Shown: one piece after another, positions 58,873-64,000 of the stretch
Layout: every line of letters begins with the position of its first letter
Position numbering within the stretch: position 1 is the first letter of the stretch
Source of the DNA: Tolypothrix carrinoi HA7290-LM1
GTDB lineage: Bacteria; Cyanobacteriota; Cyanobacteriia; Cyanobacteriales; Nostocaceae
Reading direction: 5' to 3'
Assembly (NCBI GenBank): GCA_019358935.1
Contig: JAHHIK010000006.1
Location: 32,001-96,000 of the forward strand
Length of the DNA: 64,000 nt
Notes under the pieces: generated by a model
What the model saw: the letters and a program-made list of their open reading frames with translations, nothing else
Told to the model about the DNA's origin: nothing
The model's database searches: none
Made by a program: the position numbers and the translations under genes

Positions 58873-61800
58873 CTACCGTTGAGAGCAATTAGGAGGAGTA
58901 AAGCCGGAATTATTGGCATTAGGTGCAGACGATATAAGCGTTACTTCCCCTTTATCGTTGAATACCCAACCAGTAGCAGGTATAATTTCTACAGCTTTTG
59001 GTTTTGAGGGTGATGAGGCAACCGATGTTTTTGCGGGATGTTGCTGTGCTGTGATAGCGATCGCACGAGTATCTGACCACACTACATCACCACTAAGGAA
59101 ATCGTCTGGACTAGAAGGTAAACCGCTACGTCCAGTCACAGTGAAGCTACTGCCATCCTTGTCAAAGGCTGCACAGCTAGAAGAAATAAGTCCTGGGGTA
59201 TTTACCAAACCCGCAGGCAGTTTCAGTAAACCTTGGGTGGGGTCTACATAGGGAGTACTAATAATCACGTCACCGCTGAGTCCAAATTGAGAACTAGCAG
59301 TGATATCGCTTTGTGGTGTGGGTTGCGATCGCGCTGAAATCCCAAATAAGCCTTGTGAGGTGATATCAACTCTTCCACCCCTACCTGTGAAAGCGTTTGC
59401 CGTGATATCACTATCCTCTGTTGGAACAGCAATGATGAATGGAGCTTTGATTGTTATATTGCCACCATTGCCTCCAGCTTGTTGGACACCAGCGGTAGTA
59501 GAGATTTGACTGCCGTGACGCAGCAATAAAAAGTCTTCTAAAAACAGGTTAATGTCACCACCTTGGCTGCTGTCAGTTTGACCAGAAATTGAGGCTTGGT
59601 TGTCAAGAGTAAGAATACCTGCTTTTAGTGTGATATTACCTGCATCGCCTGTACCATCACTATTAACTGATATTCTTGCGCCATCTTTTATTATGGCTTG
59701 GCGGGGGTCAATGAAAATGCTACCACCATTACCTGTGGAACCAGGGGAAGTGCTAGCGAAGATTCCACTAGCAGCACCTTCACTTATGACGACATCTCCA
59801 AGCTGGTCAGTTTCACCTGGTTGACGCAGCCGTTGTTCAACTTGGGCGATGCGTTGAGTATAATTTGGATCGCTTCCTGCTACGGTGAGTCTGTCTCTGA
59901 CATTGAGTTTGATAGTTCCAGCGTTACCACTACTGCGGGTGCTGGTAGTTACTTGCCCACCGTTAATGGCTTCAAAGGTGCGAGCATTAAGAGTAATGTT
60001 GCCTCCATTATCAGGATTGGAGGTGAGAGCAGAGACGATTCCAGCATCTCGGACTGTAAATTTATCTGTAGAGATGATAATATTTCCTGCAGGTCCTGAT
60101 GTACCGCGATCGCTTGTGGTAAATATTGCGCTAGAAAATCCGCGATCGCTTACTCCAGAAAGTGTTAGAGAATCAGAGGCATTGATACGGATATTTCCGG
60201 TACTTCCCCTACCACCAGCAATTAGCTGATTAGGCGATCGCAAGAGAACTGAATCAATTTCCGCACCATTTGTTAATGAGAGCGATCGCGTCAAAATGTC
60301 AATATCGCCTGCCTTACCAACACCGCCAGGAAAAACAGCACCTGCAATATAACTATTGCTTAGTGAAATTGCGTTATCTACATTTAATGAGATATTACCT
60401 GCATCGCCTTGCCCAAAAGTGCTGGAATTAATTTGAGCTTGATTAGCTAAAGAAAGCGACCCACTCGTTAGCTGAATATCTCCACCCTTGCCCACACCGC
60501 TAGATTCTACTGTGCTGAAAACTCCGCTAGAGCGTCCATTACTGCCGATGCCGTTAAAAGTAATAGCATCGCGGGCGTTAATATCAATATCGCCTGCATT
60601 TCCTTGTCCAAACGTGGCAGCTGCAATTTGAGCGCCATTGTTTAAAGATAGCGACCCGCTTGTAACTCGGATATCACCTGCATTGCCAACACCGCCAGAT
60701 TCTACATTGCTGTATGCACCACTAGAACTTCGATTAGTGCCGACACCATCAAACTTAACAGTATCGCGGGCATTGATGGTGATATCACCGCCATTACCCT
60801 GTCCAGATGTGGTAGAAAGCAGTTGAGCGCCATTGCTTAGTGTAAATGATCCGGTTGTTATCTGGATGTCTCCCGCCTTGCCTGGGTTTCCTTGTAAAAG
60901 TGAGGTGAAAGCACCACCAGAACGGCTACTGTTATTGACACCTTCAAAGTTAACAGCATCACGCGCATCTATAGTAATATTACCTGCGTTCCTCGATGAG
61001 AAGCTAGACAATTGACCACCATTAATCGATGAGAATGTTCCGGTTGTTATTGAGATATTTCCTCCATCTCCCCCATTCCCAGAAATAGTGCTGACACCAC
61101 TTTCCACTTCACTCCTGCTGATGCCATCAATGTCAACAGTATCGCGGGCATTAATGCTGATATTGCCTGCATTACCTTGCCCAAAGCCGCTAGCAGTAAG
61201 TTGACCACCATTTGTTAATGACAACGATCTAGCAGTCACTTCTATATTTCCACCATTGCCCACAGCATCAAATCCAACTGTGCTGGATGCTCTGCTACCT
61301 GGGAACTCAATGTTGCCAACGCCATCAAAGGTAACGGTATCGCGAGCATTAATCGTGATATTACCACCATTTCCCCGCCCATCGGTGTTAGCAGCCAATG
61401 AAGCACGGTTAGTTACCGACAATGAGCCAGTTGTTACCCGGATGTCTCCCCCTTTACCTACACCTCCAGTTATCAAGGTGCTGAAAATACCAGTTGATGA
61501 GTCGTTTCCTGCACCATCCAAGCTAACTTTATCGCGGGCTTCTACAGTGATATTACCCGCTTCCCCTTGCCCGGAAACGTTGGTAGTTAGTACAGCACCG
61601 TTAGTTACTGATAGTGAGCCAGTTGTCACCCGGATATTTCCCCCCTTACCTATACCTGACACAGTGCTTCCGGCAAGGCTACCACTATCAAAGGTAACTG
61701 TGTCGCGGGCATCAATTGTGATATTCCCAGCATCACCTTTACCTAAAGTGCTACTAGCTAAAAATGCACCGTTAGTTAAATTGAGCGAACCTGTTGCAAT

Positions 61801-63693
61801 TCGGATATCTCCTGCCTTACCCACAGCATCACCGATGACTGCGGTGATTGCACGGCTAAAACTGCCACCATTTTTTTCTTGCCCATCAAAGCTAACTGTA
61901 TCGCGGGCATTGATAGTTATATTGCCTGCATTGCCTTGCCCTAAAGTTCTGCTGTTAAATTCGGAACCATTAGTTAATGAAACTGAGCCAGCATCGATAG
62001 TAATATTGCCACCGTTACCCTCTCCAGCAGTACTTGCATTTATAGAAGTTCCCTCGCTTAAAGACAGCGAACCTGATTTGATATTAATGTTACCGCCATT
62101 GCCCTGTGCGCCATTCTCCAGGTCGGTAAAAATGGCAGTAGCAGATTGATTTGTAGAGACAGCAAGAGTTACTGCACCGCTGACATCAATGTTGATATTG
62201 CCGCCATTTCCCCGACCTCCCGGCAGGTTATTCTGAATATCAGTTCCACGCAACCCAGCTTGCAATTGAGAGCCATTTTGTAACGAGAGTGAAGGTGCGG
62301 TGATATTAATGTTGCCACCATTGCCTACTCCCCCAGATTCTATATTGCTGAAGATAGTGCTATTACTACCAGCAAGGGAAACAAAATCCCTAGCTTGTAT
62401 CGAGATATTACCAGCATCCCCCTGTCCGTAAGTACTGGCATTTAGTTGAGAGCGATCGGCTAGGGAAACTGAGCCAGCAGTGATATTGATATTGCCACCT
62501 TTACCTACGGCTTGCGATCGCACACTGCTTAAAATGGCACTGCTTCCGGTTTGACCCACACCTGATAAAGTTAGGGCATCACGGACATTAAGATTAATGT
62601 TGCCACCATCTCCCTGTCCAAAGTTATTACTGTTAAGAAAACTGCCGTTAATTAGGGCAAGCGAACCTGTAGTAATGTTGATATTGCCACCTTTACCCAC
62701 TGATGTTGGTTGGGGAACATTGCCAATAAAGCTGTCATCAGTTAAAGTCGTTGACCCTGTAGCATTAATGTCAATATCTCCGGCTTTGCTTTCGGGTGTA
62801 CCATTACCGGTGTCTATCCCGGCTCTTACTTTACTTGCTCCCGCCAAACTCAAGTTTTGAGCATTGATGGCAATACTACCAGCATCACTACCACGGACAT
62901 TTAACTCAGCGCCATTAGTTAAAGATACATTCGCTCTAGCCACATCAGGAACACCCAAGCTAAGTATATTCCCTGTGAAATTTAACCCAATATTCCCAGG
63001 TGCAGCTAATCCGGCTAACTCGATGCGACCGTTATAAGCTCTCAGGCTACCACCATCAATATTGACATCGCCACCCACCAATAGTAAACTCCTACCATCT
63101 GGCACTCTCAAGCCTGTAACTTCAACACCTGCTAAATTCACCCCTGCGGGTGCGGTTGAGCTAGTTGTAATTGCTGCGGGTGAAGGTTGAAGAAACAGCA
63201 ATGCGGAAGGATTGATTGTCAATAATGGTGTGGGTGCATTTGGAGTAGTTGCGCTGAAAATCCCAGCAGTTCCAAATTGAATCGCGTTAGCTGTAGAACC
63301 AACAAAAGAACCGCCAGCATTTAAACTGGCATTATTGCCAAAAATAATTCCGTTGGGATTGAGTAGAAATACGTTAGCAGAGCCGTTGGCACGAATCAAC
63401 CCATCAATGTTGGAAATTGAATTACCCGTTACCCTGCTGATAATGTTACTAATGTCAAGAGCATTATTGAAAAAAGCGGTGCCACCAGTGGGAACGGAGA
63501 ATTGTTGAAAACTGTGAAAAAGGTTACTTCCGGCTCGTGTTCCTCCGGTGATGTTCAGTATCTGCGCCTGCGGTGTAACAATAGAATTATTCGGTAAAGT
63601 GCTATCTGGGCTAATTTGCGCGATCGCACTATTTGCCCAAGAAATACTTCCAGCGATCGCTATCCCCAACAACCAGCCCCAACGGTTAATCAT
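58873..63693 (-). CDS. Filamentous haemagglutinin family (two-partner secretion) exoprotein
   Basis: Signal peptide; NLFHSF..F, NIISRVTG, LLNPNGIIFG TPS domain; G.GG.I.I repeats; C-terminal DITANAF.G.GG, TGRSGLP, IIPATGW. Confidence 0.93.
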   Translation of the reverse strand: MINRWGWLLGIAIAGSISWANSAIAQISPDSTLPNNSIVTPQAQILNITGGTRAGSNLFHSFQQFSVPTGGTAFFNNALDISNIISRVTGNSISNIDGLIRANGSANVFLLNPNGIIFGNNASLNAGGSFVGSTANAIQFGTAGIFSATTPNAPTPLLTINPSALLFLQPSPAAITTSSTAPAGVNLAGVEVTGLRVPDGRSLLLVGGDVNIDGGSLRAYNGRIELAGLAAPGNIGLNFTGNILSLGVPDVARANVSLTNGAELNVRGSDAGSIAINAQNLSLAGASKVRAGIDTGNGTPESKAGDIDINATGSTTLTDDSFIGNVPQPTSVGKGGNINITTGSLALINGSFLNSNNFGQGDGGNINLNVRDALTLSGVGQTGSSAILSSVRSQAVGKGGNINITAGSVSLADRSQLNASTYGQGDAGNISIQARDFVSLAGSNSTIFSNIESGGVGNGGNINITAPSLSLQNGSQLQAGLRGTDIQNNLPGGRGNGGNINIDVSGAVTLAVSTNQSATAIFTDLENGAQGNGGNINIKSGSLSLSEGTSINASTAGEGNGGNITIDAGSVSLTNGSEFNSRTLGQGNAGNITINARDTVSFDGQEKNGGSFSRAITAVIGDAVGKAGDIRIATGSLNLTNGAFLASSTLGKGDAGNITIDARDTVTFDSGSLAGSTVSGIGKGGNIRVTTGSLSVTNGAVLTTNVSGQGEAGNITVEARDKVSLDGAGNDSSTGIFSTLITGGVGKGGDIRVTTGSLSVTNRASLAANTDGRGNGGNITINARDTVTFDGVGNIEFPGSRASSTVGFDAVGNGGNIEVTARSLSLTNGGQLTASGFGQGNAGNISINARDTVDIDGISRSEVESGVSTISGNGGDGGNISITTGTFSSINGGQLSSFSSRNAGNITIDARDAVNFEGVNNSSRSGGAFTSLLQGNPGKAGDIQITTGSFTLSNGAQLLSTTSGQGNGGDITINARDTVKFDGVGTNRSSSGAYSNVESGGVGNAGDIRVTSGSLSLNNGAQIAAATFGQGNAGDIDINARDAITFNGIGSNGRSSGVFSTVESSGVGKGGDIQLTSGSLSLANQAQINSSTFGQGDAGNISLNVDNAISLSNSYIAGAVFPGGVGKAGDIDILTRSLSLTNGAEIDSVLLRSPNQLIAGGRGSTGNIRINASDSLTLSGVSDRGFSSAIFTTSDRGTSGPAGNIIISTDKFTVRDAGIVSALTSNPDNGGNITLNARTFEAINGGQVTTSTRSSGNAGTIKLNVRDRLTVAGSDPNYTQRIAQVEQRLRQPGETDQLGDVVISEGAASGIFASTSPGSTGNGGSIFIDPRQAIIKDGARISVNSDGTGDAGNITLKAGILTLDNQASISGQTDSSQGGDINLFLEDFLLLRHGSQISTTAGVQQAGGNGGNITIKAPFIIAVPTEDSDITANAFTGRGGRVDITSQGLFGISARSQPTPQSDITASSQFGLSGDVIISTPYVDPTQGLLKLPAGLVNTPGLISSSCAAFDKDGSSFTVTGRSGLPSSPDDFLSGDVVWSDTRAIAITAQQHPAKTSVASSPSKPKAVEIIPATGWVFNDKGEVTLISSAPNANNSGFTPPNCSQR

Positions 63694-63803
63694 TGCGTAT
63701 ATATACTAGTTTTCCGGCAGTAACCCAACAAAAGTTACCCGCACTACTAATAAATAAACCATATAACCAGAGATAATTCTAGTGGTCTGTTAAGAATAAA
63801 CCC

Positions 63804-64000
63804 CTAAATTTTGCGTTTAAAAATCACCATCTCAGTACCGACGACGGGGTTACGCGCTACTAATTCATCTTGAGAGTCGGTAATTTCCAAATGGCTGAAA
63901 TCGAGTTCCTTCGAGCGTTGGAGAATATCGGCGGCGAGTTTGTCTTGTTCGGATTGTTTCAGGGTGTACCAATCGTCAGTAATTTTGACAGTGAGATTGC
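63804..64000 (-). CDS. Conserved cyanobacterial hypothetical protein, C-terminal fragment
   Basis: Open frame NLTVKITDDWYTLKQSEQDKLAADILQRSKELDFSHLEI...LVARNPVVGTEMVIFKRKI ending at TAG 63804. Confidence 0.75.
   Translation of the reverse strand, partial: NLTVKITDDWYTLKQSEQDKLAADILQRSKELDFSHLEITDSQDELVARNPVVGTEMVIFKRKI

Noticed and set aside
58913..62860. Long plus-strand ORFs opposite the haemagglutinin gene
   Set aside because: Antisense frames of a Gly/Asn/Thr-rich repetitive gene; no independent motifs.

Overview
Chromosomal window from a filamentous, probably heterocystous (Nostocales-like) cyanobacterium, judged from the many HIP1 (GCGATCGC) sites, 7-bp STRR tandem repeats and conserved gene order. 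Housekeeping genes include rnpA, rpmH, pntAB, petN, ftsH, lipA, gpsA, sigC, furA, cobN, cikA, nanE and tRNA-Pro(CGG). Several accessory or defence loci lie between them. The main find is an AT-rich, HIP1-free long prokaryotic Argonaute gene (7931->5550, minus strand). It has a D-E-D-N catalytic tetrad and a MID domain lacking most of the canonical 5'-phosphate residues, which resembles MpAgo-type 5'-OH-guide Argonautes. An in-frame, roughly 189-bp palindromic repeat carrying a single TGA splits it into two same-frame ORFs (N-L1-PAZ and L2-MID-PIWI). Co-oriented upstream are a PIN toxin-antitoxin pair and an Rpn-like gene. Other accessory loci are a type I R-M system beside the tRNA 3' end, a type II R-M pair behind an attC-like hairpin, a NACHT-pentapeptide-TPR STAND protein, four Uma2 genes and a phased 21-bp tandem array. 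Many tiny mobile repeats (21, 24, 27, 45 and 54 nt) insert into HIP1 sites, into each other and in frame into genes, most strikingly cobN. Family assignments come from recognised motifs, not database searches.
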